From positions 2,240,001 to 2,304,000 of the forward strand of contig OZ244207.1 in NCBI GenBank assembly GCA_965216875.1: a DNA stretch of 64,000 bases, written 5' to 3'. Shown here in pieces: positions 26,899 through 37,549 of the stretch. How positions within the stretch are numbered: the first letter of the stretch is position 1; each line of letters starts with the position of its first letter. Made by a program: the position numbers and the translations under genes. Below the pieces are notes generated by a model. It was given only the letters and a program-made list of their open reading frames with translations, did not search any database and was not told the origin of the DNA. The stretch comes from Rubripirellula sp. GTDB taxonomy: Bacteria > Planctomycetota > Planctomycetia > Pirellulales > Pirellulaceae.

Positions 26899-29118
26899 TT
26901 ACTTGGACTTTCGGTCTGGGATCGTTTGATCAAAGGCGGTGGTCTTGTTTTGATTGCCTGTCGTGCAATCGTGTGTCTCGGCCATCGCATCCATCTTGCC
27001 GCAGTCCTCTTCAAATTCAGCCTGCTGCATGTGCTCACCCCACCACGTTGCCGCATCCCGTTCGGACCATTGATCATACGTTTTGACGGCGCTCAGACGG
27101 TCACGCAGCTCCATCGCGTTGGGGATGCGTGATCCGGGGTCTTTTTCCAAGCAGTCAAGGACGATGGTTTCTAGTTCGGTCGGGACGGCTGGATTCAGTT
27201 CGGTGGGTGGTGTTGGCGGCTTCGTCGAATGCTGGAGCAACATCGCCATCAGGTTCGGGGCTTCAAAGACATGTCGCCCGACAAGCAGCCAGTACATCAC
27301 GCACCCGAGCGAATAGATGTCGGCGGTCGCTTCTGCGGCATTTCCTTGGACCAGCTCCGGCGCCATGCTCGCCGGCGTGCCTGTGATCTGCCCAGTCGCT
27401 GTCATGGAATGATCGTGACTTTCAGCAACGCGCACAACGCCGAAGTCCAGGACCTTCAGGAAATCATGTTCGTTGCCGAGTGTGCAGAGGAAAAGGTTCG
27501 ACGGTTTGATGTCGCGGTGCACCAACCCGGCTTCGTGAGCCTCGCCGAGCGACAAACAAGCCTGGCGCATCAAATCGATCGTGCGGCCTGCCGATTGAGG
27601 GCCGTGTCGTTGTACGAGCGTATGCAAGTCGAGGCCAGCAAGGTACTCCATCACGTAGTAGAAACTGCCATCATCGGTCACGCCGAAATCATAGAGTTCC
27701 ACAGTGTGGGGTGAACGCAACAAGGCAGTCGCTTTTGCCTCTCGCTGAAATCGTGCTCGCAACAACTCACGTTGTTCGGCGGGCACGTTCAACGCGTCCT
27801 CGCGGATCACCTTCACAGCAGCAGGGCGTGCCAACAACGAATGAGTTCCCAGCCAAACTTCGCCCATCGCGCCTTCGCCAAGACGCTTTTCAAGTTGGTA
27901 GCTACCGATCCGACGTCCTTCACTAAGGAGCTCATCGGGGATTTCCAGTAGTGCGTCCTGGGAAAGAACGACCGCACGTTCGACAACGCCGCGCAATTCA
28001 CGCAGGTTGCCGGGCCATCCATACTGCAGCAGCTTTTGTTCTGCCTCGTCACTCAAGCCCTCAATTGGTTTTCCAACGCTTTGCGCACGTTCGGTCGCGA
28101 TGTGACGCGCAATGAGCACAACATCTTCGCCCCGTTCGGCAAGCGATGGGACAGTCAAACGACCATCCATCACGCGATGCAAACCGGCATCAAGCGTACC
28201 ATTGCGGACGTGTTCGACCGGCTCGCCCGACACATAGGCAATGAGTCGAACATCGGGTGAATCGGAGCCCTCGTTGTCGCGTCCTGAGGTCGTACGTTGC
28301 ACGACCTTTTCGAGCGACCGTTGTGTTTCTTCGGGCAACGTCTCCATGCGTTCCAAGAACAAAGTGCCGCCGTCTGCAAGCGACCACTTGCTAATGGCAT
28401 CATCGGTCTCGGTGTGGCGGCCGAGCAATGTTCCATCACTACCGCTGATCTGGCCACAGTCGACATGGATAAAGGGACGGTCGGCCCGCTCGGAGGCGCG
28501 ATGAATCGCCCGCGCAACGGCTTCTTGGCCGGCACCGATCGCACCGGTCAACATGAGCGGTTTGAGCAGAGCGGCATTCGCTTCGATCCCCTCACGCAGC
28601 CCGCGGACCGGAATGCTCTCTCCGAGCAGCGCCTCTTCGTGTCGCCTGTACTCGACATTCGACAGCTCACGTGCCACAGCAAGTTCGTGGCGCAGTCGAT
28701 CGTTGGTGCTGGCAAGACTTTGTTCAAGACTGATGATCCTCACACCTGCATTGAGCCGGGCGTGAAGCTCAGAACGATCAAAGGGTTTCGAAACAAAGTC
28801 GTCGGCACCGGCTTCGATTCCAGCAACGACGTCCTTCTTGTCGGACTTGCCTGTCAGCATCACGATGTAGACATAGGAACCGGTGTTGGTTTGACGGATC
28901 TTTTCGACCAGGTCGAGCCCGTTCATTTCAGGCATTTCCCAATCGCAAATCACGATCGGAAAGGGCTGTGCCTGGAACAGCTCCCACGCCTGCGCGCCAT
29001 CCTCGGCCGCGACCACTTCGTGGCCCCACTTCTGAAGCTGACGCTCGAGCTTCAAGCGGCTAAGGCGTTCATCTTCGGCTATCAGGATTTTGAGACTACC
29101 TGCGGCACCGTCGTTCAC
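26899..29118 (-). CDS. Response regulator receiver + degenerate sigma54-activator AAA+ domain + Hanks-type Ser/Thr kinase fusion
   Basis: REC: IAEDE, ICDWEMP, VSKPF. AAA-like: ARAIH, PFIHVDC, ADGGTLFL, WPGNLREL. Kinase: LGEGAMGEV, AAVK, HRDIKPSN, DFG, APE, DIYSLG. Confidence 0.9.
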   Translation of the reverse strand: MNDGAAGSLKILIAEDERLSRLKLERQLQKWGHEVVAAEDGAQAWELFQAQPFPIVICDWEMPEMNGLDLVEKIRQTNTGSYVYIVMLTGKSDKKDVVAGIEAGADDFVSKPFDRSELHARLNAGVRIISLEQSLASTNDRLRHELAVARELSNVEYRRHEEALLGESIPVRGLREGIEANAALLKPLMLTGAIGAGQEAVARAIHRASERADRPFIHVDCGQISGSDGTLLGRHTETDDAISKWSLADGGTLFLERMETLPEETQRSLEKVVQRTTSGRDNEGSDSPDVRLIAYVSGEPVEHVRNGTLDAGLHRVMDGRLTVPSLAERGEDVVLIARHIATERAQSVGKPIEGLSDEAEQKLLQYGWPGNLRELRGVVERAVVLSQDALLEIPDELLSEGRRIGSYQLEKRLGEGAMGEVWLGTHSLLARPAAVKVIREDALNVPAEQRELLRARFQREAKATALLRSPHTVELYDFGVTDDGSFYYVMEYLAGLDLHTLVQRHGPQSAGRTIDLMRQACLSLGEAHEAGLVHRDIKPSNLFLCTLGNEHDFLKVLDFGVVRVAESHDHSMTATGQITGTPASMAPELVQGNAAEATADIYSLGCVMYWLLVGRHVFEAPNLMAMLLQHSTKPPTPPTELNPAVPTELETIVLDCLEKDPGSRIPNAMELRDRLSAVKTYDQWSERDAATWWGEHMQQAEFEEDCGKMDAMAETHDCTTGNQNKTTAFDQTIPDRKSK

Positions 29119-29465
29119 GACAGCTCCTCCAATAGTGCGCCGAGTTCCTGCCTTAACGCTTTGATCGATTGCTCGAGCGCGTCAAAGGCGGCCTGTAGTT
29201 TGTCCGCGTTTTCGTCTCGCGCAAGCTGCTCGAGCGTTTGAGCCGACTCGTATGCGGCGGTCGCACAAAAATTGCCAACCATCGATTTGAGAGTGTGAGC
29301 GGCAATGCGCACTGACTCGCCATCTCCCGACTTGATTCCCTCACGAGCTTTCTCAATAAGCTCAGGCGCGTCGCTGTCGAAGATGTCGAGCGAGTCCTCG
29401 AGAAACTCGGTGTCACCATCGAGTTCGTCGAGTAGCTCTTCGCGGTCAATGATCTCGCTCATCAA
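29115..29465 (-). CDS. Hpt (histidine phosphotransfer) domain protein
   Basis: AAHTLKSMVGNF; helical and acidic; 4-bp overlap with the downstream gene. Confidence 0.9.
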   Translation of the reverse strand: MMSEIIDREELLDELDGDTEFLEDSLDIFDSDAPELIEKAREGIKSGDGESVRIAAHTLKSMVGNFCATAAYESAQTLEQLARDENADKLQAAFDALEQSIKALRQELGALLEELS

Positions 29466-29477
29466 TCGTCCCTGGTC

Positions 29478-32400
29478 CTAGCGGTTTTCGTTGGCGTCGG
29501 ATCTTGCCGACGGATGATCGAGTTCATGCAACACTCGTGCGATCTCAGCATGCATGACTTTCGACTTGATTGGCTTGGTGACGTAGCCATCCATGCCCGC
29601 GTCGAGGCACTTCTGTTGGTCGCCTTTCATGGCGTGAGCCGTCATCGCAATCACAGGCGTATGTAGCCCTTTCGACGAATCCCCGCTCCGAATCGCCGCC
29701 GTAGCAGCATAACCGTCCATCACCGGCATTTGAATATCCATCAAAACGACGTCGTACGCCTCCGACTCCCAATGCAGGACAGCTTCTTGGCCATTGTTAG
29801 CCACGGTGACGTCATGATCCGCCTTTTGAAGTGCCCGAATCGCAAATTTCTGGTTCGTCTCGTTATCTTCAGCCAGCAATACCTTGAGTCCACGGAGCAT
29901 TTCGGACGGTTTGGCCGATGCCTCTTGAACCACAACCCGCTCCGATTGAGCCTCGTCGGCTACCCCGACGGAACTTGCGATGGCATCAAACAAAAGCGAT
30001 TGCCGAGCAGGCTTGATCAAATGCGCCGAGATTCCAAGTTCGCGGCATCGGACCGTATCCCCGGTTCGATTGGCCGAAGTCAACAAAATCATGGGCAGCT
30101 TTTTCAGGTCATATTTTTGAATCACCTCTTCGGCAAACATGAATCCGTCCATCTCGGGCATGTTCACGTCGGAAAGAATCAGCCCAATCGGATCCTTCTT
30201 GTGCGCGGCCTCGAGTTCCTTGAGTCCATCGTCGGCCGATTCAACCACGACCGGTCGCATGCCCCAGTTTTCGAGCATCTTGGCAAGGATCCGGCGGTTG
30301 GTGTCATTGTCATCAACGACAAGCACACGCAGTCCTTGCAGGCGATCGGGCGTCGATGCCTGGTAGGGTGCAAGGTTTCCAGTCGATTCGCCGATGCCAA
30401 ACGGAACGGTGAAGGAAAAGGTGGTGCCAATACCGAGCTGACTATCGACCGTCATCTTGCCGCCCATCAACTCGACCAGTTGATTGCAGATCGTAAGCCC
30501 CAGTCCCGTTCCGCCATACTTCCGGGTCGTTGACGCGTCGGCTTGCTCGAAGGGGCGAAAGATCGATTCACGCACACTCGAAGACAAACCGATCCCCGTA
30601 TCGGAAACGTCAAACTTGACAACGACCTGATCGTCTCGTGTCTCGACCACGTGTGCGGCCAAGGCGATCTCGCCCTCCTCGGTGAACTTGACGGCGTTAC
30701 CAACGAGGTTGATGACGATCTGTCGAATACGATGCAAGTCGCCAACGACGTACTCGGGAACGGCGTTATTGACCTCGAACAAAAGTTCGAGCCCTTTGCT
30801 GTGGGCGCGAGCAGCAAGCGTGGTCAGCGTTTCACCCAGTCGCTCGCGCAATTCAAAGTTGATTGGATCGAGGTCAAGTTTCTTGGCTTCGATCTTCGAG
30901 AAGTCCAAGATATCGTTGATCAACGTCAGCAGCGATTCGGCGGATGACTCGATCGTGGTTAGAAACTCGCGTTGCTCGGCTGTTAGTTCAGTCGCCAATG
31001 CGAGTTCGGTCATCCCCATGATGCCGTTCATCGGCGTGCGAATTTCGTGACTCATATTGGCAAGAAAATCACTCTTCGCCTGGTTGGCCGCGTCCGCTGC
31101 TTCGCGCGCTAACCGCAGCGCCTCTTCCTGTTCCTTTAGCTGAGTGATGTCCGTCGAAACGCCACCGACGGCGTACACGTTTCCACTGCTGTCGAACAGC
31201 GGGAACTTGTTGCTAATGAACGTCCGTGCCTCGGCATCCGAATCAGGCGTTTCCTGAAACCGAATCGGCTTCGCACTTTCGATCACTTGGCGATCGTTCT
31301 CGACAAGTTTGTCGGCAACTTCTCGCGGCATGATGTCATGGTCTGTCTTGCCAACGGTGTCGTCGATGGATCGCCCAACGATGTTGGTCCATTCATGGTT
31401 GACCAGCATGTAGCGACCGTCGACGCCTTTTACAAAGATGACTGCCTCGGTTGCATCAAGCAGCCCTTGGGTGAGCACTCTGCTTTTCTGCAACTCTTCC
31501 GCGGCGTGTTCTGCGCGTTCCTTGGCGTCCGACAACCGGCGTTCCGCTTGAATACGTTCGGTCACGTCTTGGTAAACGCCGTACATATGCGCGGCGTTTC
31601 CATCTTCATCACGAACGATCTTGCCGACGGCGTGCACCCACACGACGTTACCGTCGATGGGACTCTTGTAGGGATAAGTCGCGGCATAATGCTCGTACTT
31701 GCCATCGAGCGCTCCCTGGTAGCGCTCATTGGTTGCTTCGGCGATTTCAGGGTCCGCGGCAATCAGCCGCGCGAACCATTCGTCTTGCAAGTGATAGCGA
31801 CCATCCTCTTTGATCGGCTCACCCAATATGCTGACCGCACGTTTGGATGGGTAGTAGTAGTCGGGGTCGCTGTAGTCAACTTGCCAATAACCACAATTGG
31901 TGAGTTCAAGGGCGATGTCCGACAGAAAGTTAGCGCGTTGAATACTCTCGGTTCGTTCTTGAACGCGTTCTTCCAACTTCTCGGCCAGCGCTGTCAGCTC
32001 GGCTTGAGCGTTTTTCTGCGCCGTGATCTCTTTGGCAAATGACGCAACACCCACCGGACGATTATGGTCGTCCATGATTAGCGACACGGTGACAAGGACA
32101 GGGATCTGGTTGCCCTCCTTTGTCATCCGCACACCTTCGATGTCTCGCACCTCCTCGCCGGCCCGGCACTGCTCCAACAGCTCGTCAGCGAATTCGTGCC
32201 CCCACTCAGGAATGATCACCTTGATCGTTTTGCCCAACAGCTCCTCACGACTCCAACCGTATAGGTTCTCGGCGGCTTGGTTCACGTCCGTGACGATGCC
32301 GTCAAGATCTTCGAGGATGATCGGGTCGGCGGCGTCGCGAAACACGGCGCTTAGACGCCTCGCTTCATTTTCCGCGGTCCGCAGCCGGCTGACGTTCTTG

Positions 32401-33107
32401 GCAAAACTCACCACAACATCATCATCTCCGTCTTGCCCCTTCACGAGGGAGACGGTGACGAGGACCGGGATGATCGTTCCGTCCTTTGTCAGGCGAGCGC
32501 CATCGACGTCCCGAATAATCTCGCCTTGTTTGCATCGCTCGAACATTTCGTCCGCCGCGGCGTGCGATGCTTCGGGAATGATTTCCTTGATCGACTTTCC
32601 GACCAGTTCGTCCCGGTTCCACTGGTACAGTTTCTCGGCTGCGTGATTCATGTCGATCACAACACCGTCGAGATCTTCGATGATGATCGGGTCGGTCGCG
32701 TCGCGAAACACGCTCGAAAGCATGCGAGCTTCTTTTTCGATCGCGCGAAGCTGACGGATATCACGAGCCACCGTCGCGATGGCTTGAACGTTACCGTCGT
32801 CGTCCTTTAGCAACGAAAGCGAAAGAAGCACGGCGGTTGGCGGCCCGCCTCGCGGCAAACGCTCGGTGCGAATATTTCGTATCGCTTCACCGGCGCGACA
32901 GCGTTCACGTAGACGCGTACCGTGACTTTGCCACTGAATCGGGATCAGCATCTTCATCGATTGCCCGACCAACTCGTCCCGAGTGTAGCCGTACAACCGA
33001 ACGGCTTCGTCGTTCGCTTCGAGGATGTTTCCATCCAGGTCTTCGATAAGAATGGGATCAATGGCGTCGCGAAACAACGCTTCAAACCGCTCGAAGGCGA
33101 TGCTCAT
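29478..33107 (-). CDS. Cytoplasmic hybrid sensor histidine kinase (about 5 PAS domains, HisKA, HATPase, 2 REC)
   Basis: [40 protein letters not shown] aspartates in LSDVNMP and LMDIQMP; no transmembrane segment. Start probably ATG 33107. Confidence 0.95.
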   Translation of the reverse strand: MSIAFERFEALFRDAIDPILIEDLDGNILEANDEAVRLYGYTRDELVGQSMKMLIPIQWQSHGTRLRERCRAGEAIRNIRTERLPRGGPPTAVLLSLSLLKDDDGNVQAIATVARDIRQLRAIEKEARMLSSVFRDATDPIIIEDLDGVVIDMNHAAEKLYQWNRDELVGKSIKEIIPEASHAAADEMFERCKQGEIIRDVDGARLTKDGTIIPVLVTVSLVKGQDGDDDVVVSFAKNVSRLRTAENEARRLSAVFRDAADPIILEDLDGIVTDVNQAAENLYGWSREELLGKTIKVIIPEWGHEFADELLEQCRAGEEVRDIEGVRMTKEGNQIPVLVTVSLIMDDHNRPVGVASFAKEITAQKNAQAELTALAEKLEERVQERTESIQRANFLSDIALELTNCGYWQVDYSDPDYYYPSKRAVSILGEPIKEDGRYHLQDEWFARLIAADPEIAEATNERYQGALDGKYEHYAATYPYKSPIDGNVVWVHAVGKIVRDEDGNAAHMYGVYQDVTERIQAERRLSDAKERAEHAAEELQKSRVLTQGLLDATEAVIFVKGVDGRYMLVNHEWTNIVGRSIDDTVGKTDHDIMPREVADKLVENDRQVIESAKPIRFQETPDSDAEARTFISNKFPLFDSSGNVYAVGGVSTDITQLKEQEEALRLAREAADAANQAKSDFLANMSHEIRTPMNGIMGMTELALATELTAEQREFLTTIESSAESLLTLINDILDFSKIEAKKLDLDPINFELRERLGETLTTLAARAHSKGLELLFEVNNAVPEYVVGDLHRIRQIVINLVGNAVKFTEEGEIALAAHVVETRDDQVVVKFDVSDTGIGLSSSVRESIFRPFEQADASTTRKYGGTGLGLTICNQLVELMGGKMTVDSQLGIGTTFSFTVPFGIGESTGNLAPYQASTPDRLQGLRVLVVDDNDTNRRILAKMLENWGMRPVVVESADDGLKELEAAHKKDPIGLILSDVNMPEMDGFMFAEEVIQKYDLKKLPMILLTSANRTGDTVRCRELGISAHLIKPARQSLLFDAIASSVGVADEAQSERVVVQEASAKPSEMLRGLKVLLAEDNETNQKFAIRALQKADHDVTVANNGQEAVLHWESEAYDVVLMDIQMPVMDGYAATAAIRSGDSSKGLHTPVIAMTAHAMKGDQQKCLDAGMDGYVTKPIKSKVMHAEIARVLHELDHPSARSDANENR

Positions 33108-33383
33108 CAGTGGTTCAGCCCTTTGTGAAAAGATTCGTGGCCAACAGTATCGCCGATTTGACAAAGAATTCCAGGTTGCCTCGCATTGCAGAAACGCGGA
33201 ATCACCCTGAGATGCAAATGACCAGCGGGGTGCATCGCTACCTCTCACACTTTACAATGTGCTTTCCCGATTCATTGCGATTTGCCGACCTGTTCGGTTA
33301 CGCAGACTGAATCGACTCGTCGTCGGCAATCGGTTGGATCATTGTCCCAACCTTTCAACTGAGCTGCATGGTGCCATACCGCT

Positions 33384-35108
33384 GTGGGAAGTTTTCGCAT
33401 AACCCCCTTTCGTTTCACCTTCGCGTTGATCGTCGCATCATTGTGCGTCTGTCCACCGGCACAAGCGAAAACCTCAACCAGCTCGAACCCTCTCGCACCC
33501 GCTGATACATCAAGTCCGCGAGCAACGCTCAAGAGTTTCATGGAGGCGATGCAGACGGTCTATCTCCTGGTGTTGGACGAACGCGAAGGGGCCTATGTTT
33601 CGGGTGAGGTTCAGTCCGAAGCGGCCGAACTCGTCTTTGATTGCCTCGACACAAGTGACCTCGCCCCCTCAGTTCGCATGAGCGCGGCAGCCGAAGCCGC
33701 AATTTGCTTGAAGGAAACGCTTGACCGGATTCCCCTGCCCGAAATGTCCGAGATCCCTGGCCCCGAACAGTTGGAGGAGGCTGCCGAGGAGGGAAGGGTG
33801 ATCGAAGCTTGGACGATTCCCAGAACGGAAATCACGATCCGACGGGTCAGCGAAGGCCCACTCCAAGGCCGCTACCTATTCTCGCCCAGAACCGTGGATT
33901 CGGCTTCGGATTACTACGCCCGCGTCCAGCACCTTCCCTACCGCGATCCGAATACCGCGAGTGTCGACTTTTATAAGTGGTATCTTTCCAATGCCGGTTG
34001 GATGATCCCTGACGGCTGGATCCGGCAATTGCCCGAGTGGACGCGTCGGCGGTTTGGCGGCCAGGTGGTTTGGAAATGGATCGGTCTGTTCTTTACCGCA
34101 CTGTTCACCATCGTAGCAATGGTGTCGGCTTATTTCCTCGGACGAAGATGGACGATCCACTACGGCAAAGTCCACCTTGTTCGATACCTGATCACTTGGC
34201 TGTTCCCGATTGTTGCGATGCTTGTGCCGCTAATGGCACAGTCGTTCATCATGCACCAGTTGCATATCTCCGGCACGCCGCTGGCGATCGCCAACACAAC
34301 CCTTTACGTCGTCTTTCTGCTTTCACTTTTTGCTGTCGTCATGGGCGCCGGCAATCGCGTTGCCGAAATCTTGATCGCGTCGCCAAAGATCCACCCGAAG
34401 GGCATCGATGCTCAATTGATTCGCTTGTTGTCGAAGGTGATCAGCTTGGCAGCTGCGACGGCGATCGTCCTTGAAGGTGGACGTTACCTCGGCGTGCCAC
34501 TGACCACCTTGATGGCCGGTGCCGGTGTCGGCGGTCTGGCATTCGCTTTGGCCGCGCAAGATACGCTCAAAGGCGTTCTTGGCAGTGTGATGATCGTGCT
34601 CGACAAGCCCTATCGAGTGGGCGAGCGTATCATCACGAAGAACTACGACGGCATTGTCGAAGAGATCGGTTTGCGTTCGACGCGCATTCGTCTCCTCTCA
34701 GGCCACCAGGTGACGATCCCCAACGAAGAATTGGCACGCAGCGACATCGAGAATGTTGGTCGTCGGCCGCACATTCGCCGCGTGACCAACCTTCGCATAC
34801 CACTCGACACGCCTCCCGAAAAAGTGGAACGAGCCGTCGAGCTAATCCGCTCGATTCTTGATCAACACGAAGGAATGCCAGAGGCCAATCCACCACGTGT
34901 GTACCTGAACGAGTTCAACAACGACTCTTTCAACATTCGCATGATCTATTGGTACGAACCAGCGGACTACTGGATGTTTCTCGAGTTCAGTCAACGCGTG
35001 AACCTACGCATCATGAACGCGTTCAAGGCAGAGGACATCGAGTTTGCGCTGCCATCATCGAAGTTTGTCATGTCCTCGGAAGAGGGCGATGACATCGCGT
35101 CGCCCTAG
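33384..35108 (+). CDS. MscS-family mechanosensitive channel with N-terminal periplasmic domain
   Basis: DTSSPRATL; AGAGVGGLAFALAAQDTL; PYRVGERI; GIVEEIGLRSTRIR; TIPN. Confidence 0.92.
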   Translation: MGSFRITPFRFTFALIVASLCVCPPAQAKTSTSSNPLAPADTSSPRATLKSFMEAMQTVYLLVLDEREGAYVSGEVQSEAAELVFDCLDTSDLAPSVRMSAAAEAAICLKETLDRIPLPEMSEIPGPEQLEEAAEEGRVIEAWTIPRTEITIRRVSEGPLQGRYLFSPRTVDSASDYYARVQHLPYRDPNTASVDFYKWYLSNAGWMIPDGWIRQLPEWTRRRFGGQVVWKWIGLFFTALFTIVAMVSAYFLGRRWTIHYGKVHLVRYLITWLFPIVAMLVPLMAQSFIMHQLHISGTPLAIANTTLYVVFLLSLFAVVMGAGNRVAEILIASPKIHPKGIDAQLIRLLSKVISLAAATAIVLEGGRYLGVPLTTLMAGAGVGGLAFALAAQDTLKGVLGSVMIVLDKPYRVGERIITKNYDGIVEEIGLRSTRIRLLSGHQVTIPNEELARSDIENVGRRPHIRRVTNLRIPLDTPPEKVERAVELIRSILDQHEGMPEANPPRVYLNEFNNDSFNIRMIYWYEPADYWMFLEFSQRVNLRIMNAFKAEDIEFALPSSKFVMSSEEGDDIASP

Positions 35109-35197
35109 AATGCATCTTCGCTACGCCCGCCCGAGCGTGTGGGATGAAGTCATCGCGCTCGGCACGGCTGCATTCGGAATTGATCACCCGACTTGAC

Positions 35198-35407
35198 TCA
35201 CGGATCAAAATCGCGCGGATCACCATCGTCGCACTTTCTGCAATCCAACAAGTGTCCGACCATCTGTTTGCGACCTTCATCCGTCGTCACCCACTTGCGG
35301 TTCATCCAGGGTGGATCATGACGAACATGTTGATGATGCCCGCATTGCAACTTGGCAACCCAATGGTCCTCGTCGTCTTGATGAAAACCGATGATCTGCT
35401 GCTTCAC
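35198..35407 (-). CDS. DUF3565 family small protein
   Basis: IIGFHQDDEDHWVAKLQCGHHQHVRHDPPW...LDCRKCD; GTG start at 35407. Confidence 0.8.
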   Translation of the reverse strand: MKQQIIGFHQDDEDHWVAKLQCGHHQHVRHDPPWMNRKWVTTDEGRKQMVGHLLDCRKCDDGDPRDFDP

Positions 35408-35522
35408 TTTGTCGCACAACGAGGTTGGAGAAGAAGTATCGCTTGAAGAACTGCTGACACCGCGTCTACTTTACAACAAACAGTCTGACCGCATCATCAG
35501 TTCACAACGAAGGTTCTTGATC

Positions 35523-36350
35523 GTGAGCGGAGCGACAAGCTCTCGCGAAAGCGCTGCCAAACGTCCATCCACACCGTCGGCTGCAAAGTCCGAACCGTTG
35601 CGTCCCAAAGAGCACGGCGCCTATGGCATACTTGGCGTGCCTCTCATCACGGCACTGCTGATTGGCGGCATCAACACCGGCGCACTTCTTATCTTTGTTG
35701 CCGCGGTCGCAGGCTTTCTTGCCAATGAACCCTTGTTGGTACTTTGGGGCAATCGTGGAAACCGCGCAAAGCAAGCGCATCCTCATGCGCGTCGGTCGGC
35801 CCTGCGACGCATCTCCGTTGCCATCGTCTGTGGCTCCGTCGCGTTGTTCCTCGTCGACGACGTGACGCGTTGGTTTCTTGCTGCATGCCTGATCCTCGCG
35901 AGCCTCGGTTTCTCGTTCGCGGTTGGCGGCAAGCACCGCAGCCTCGCTGGTCAACTTCTAGGCATCATCGGATTGACGCTGCCATCGGCGGCCATCTTGA
36001 CGAGTGCTGGAATTCAATGGGGCGAAGCACTGGAGTTCTGGGCGGCCTGGGTCGCCGCGTCGTCGGCGGCATCAGTTTGTGTTCGGGTAACGATCGCCAG
36101 CATCAAACCGACCACGACCGCAGCCGACATTCGCATGCACGATGCTCTGCTCGTCGTCGCGCTCGGCAGTTTCGCCGCCGGCGTCCTTTATGGACACCGT
36201 TTCTGGTGGGCGTTGTTGCCGATGTTCGTCTGTGCGGTTGCTTTAAGGATCGCACGTCCCCACCCGCGCCACCTCAAACGCATTGGCTGGGCGTTGATTT
36301 TCGCGAACGTTCTCTCCGCCACCTTGATCATTGCACTCTGGAATCACTAG
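35523..36350 (+). CDS. YwiC-like family membrane protein
   Basis: PKEHGAY N-terminal motif, KRIGW near the C-terminus, many transmembrane helices; start uncertain. Confidence 0.75.
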   Translation: MSGATSSRESAAKRPSTPSAAKSEPLRPKEHGAYGILGVPLITALLIGGINTGALLIFVAAVAGFLANEPLLVLWGNRGNRAKQAHPHARRSALRRISVAIVCGSVALFLVDDVTRWFLAACLILASLGFSFAVGGKHRSLAGQLLGIIGLTLPSAAILTSAGIQWGEALEFWAAWVAASSAASVCVRVTIASIKPTTTAADIRMHDALLVVALGSFAAGVLYGHRFWWALLPMFVCAVALRIARPHPRHLKRIGWALIFANVLSATLIIALWNH

Positions 36351-36565
36351 CGGTTTTGGGGGTGAAAACCAGTCGTGTGAATTGACGGACTGGGTGTCGC
36401 CAACGAAACTAGGCGGTCCCAATGGAGCGCTGAAAGCGGGGGCATCCTTCCGATTGGGCCCGTTGGAAAACCGAACCGATCATCAAGTCGCGCGTCAACG
36501 TTGAATCAACGCTGCCGGCCAATTCGGTTCGATCAGGAAATGGCATACCAACCGAAACGAATCTT

Positions 36566-37549
36566 GTGGCGGACGACTCAAACAACCACCTCTATTTGGG
36601 CATCGATGTTGGCGGAACCGATGTCAAATTGGGACTTGTCGATTCGACGGGGCAAATCCACGCATGTGACCGAACACCGACGCCCCAACTCGGAACTCCG
36701 GAGCGTGTGTTCGAATACGCAATCCAATTTGCTCGCAGCGCCCAAGCTGGATTGCCGTTTGACGAGGTCTCCGGTGTCGGGCTTGCGGTTCCCGGTGTAC
36801 TCGATACACGCGAGAGCATTCTTCGCGAAGTCGTCAATCTGCCCGGTTGGATCGGCGTGCCCCTTGCAGCCGTCTTGGCCGAGGTGACCGGCCTCGGCGC
36901 GTCAGTGGTCAACGACGCAAACGCGGCGGCCTATGCGGAACACAACCTGCGCGACTTGGGTGATCGGTCGTTGGCGTTAGTGACGCTTGGCACTGGCATC
37001 GGTTGCGGCGTGGTGGTGGGAGGTTCTCCGTACGGCGGCGACCATGGTTGCGCCGGCGAACTCGGGCACATTGCGATTCGGTTCGGCGAGGAAGCGCTCG
37101 ACTGTACTTGCGGCAGTCGTGGTCATCTCGAAACCTATGCCGGCGCTGGCGGCGTGATGCGTCGATTGCGTGAGCGCGCCTCGACGGCAAAACACGCGAT
37201 TGCGATCAACCTCGATACAGCGACACCCCGCGACATTGCTGCGGCTGCCGAGCAGGGCGACGCGCTTTGCCAAGAGATCATTTGCGAAACAGGCACACTT
37301 CTGGGCCAAGCGATCGGATTGATCGGCCAAGTGGTCGATCCCGAAGTCGTCCTGCTGGGTGGGGCGATGACCTTTGGAGGCTCCGGATCAAAAACGGGTG
37401 AATCCTTTTTGGCGTCCGTACGCGCGGCAGTCAAAGCCAGTACGCTGGTGCAAGTGGGCGGAAACATCAAAATCGACTTTGCATCGTTAGGAAACGATGC
37501 GGGGCTACTTGGCGCTGCAATGGTTGCCAAACAGGCGGTCAACAAGTGA
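36566..37549 (+). CDS. ROK family sugar kinase (glucokinase/N-acetylglucosamine kinase-like)
   Basis: GIDVGGT, NDANAAAYAE, TLGTGIGCG, GELGH, CTCGSRGHLE, GNDAGLLGAA. Confidence 0.93.
   Translation: MADDSNNHLYLGIDVGGTDVKLGLVDSTGQIHACDRTPTPQLGTPERVFEYAIQFARSAQAGLPFDEVSGVGLAVPGVLDTRESILREVVNLPGWIGVPLAAVLAEVTGLGASVVNDANAAAYAEHNLRDLGDRSLALVTLGTGIGCGVVVGGSPYGGDHGCAGELGHIAIRFGEEALDCTCGSRGHLETYAGAGGVMRRLRERASTAKHAIAINLDTATPRDIAAAAEQGDALCQEIICETGTLLGQAIGLIGQVVDPEVVLLGGAMTFGGSGSKTGESFLASVRAAVKASTLVQVGGNIKIDFASLGNDAGLLGAAMVAKQAVNK

Noticed and set aside
26899..29118. Calling this gene an NtrC-family sigma54 transcriptional activator
   Set aside because: No GAFTGA loop, degenerate Walker A and B motifs, and no DNA-binding HTH.
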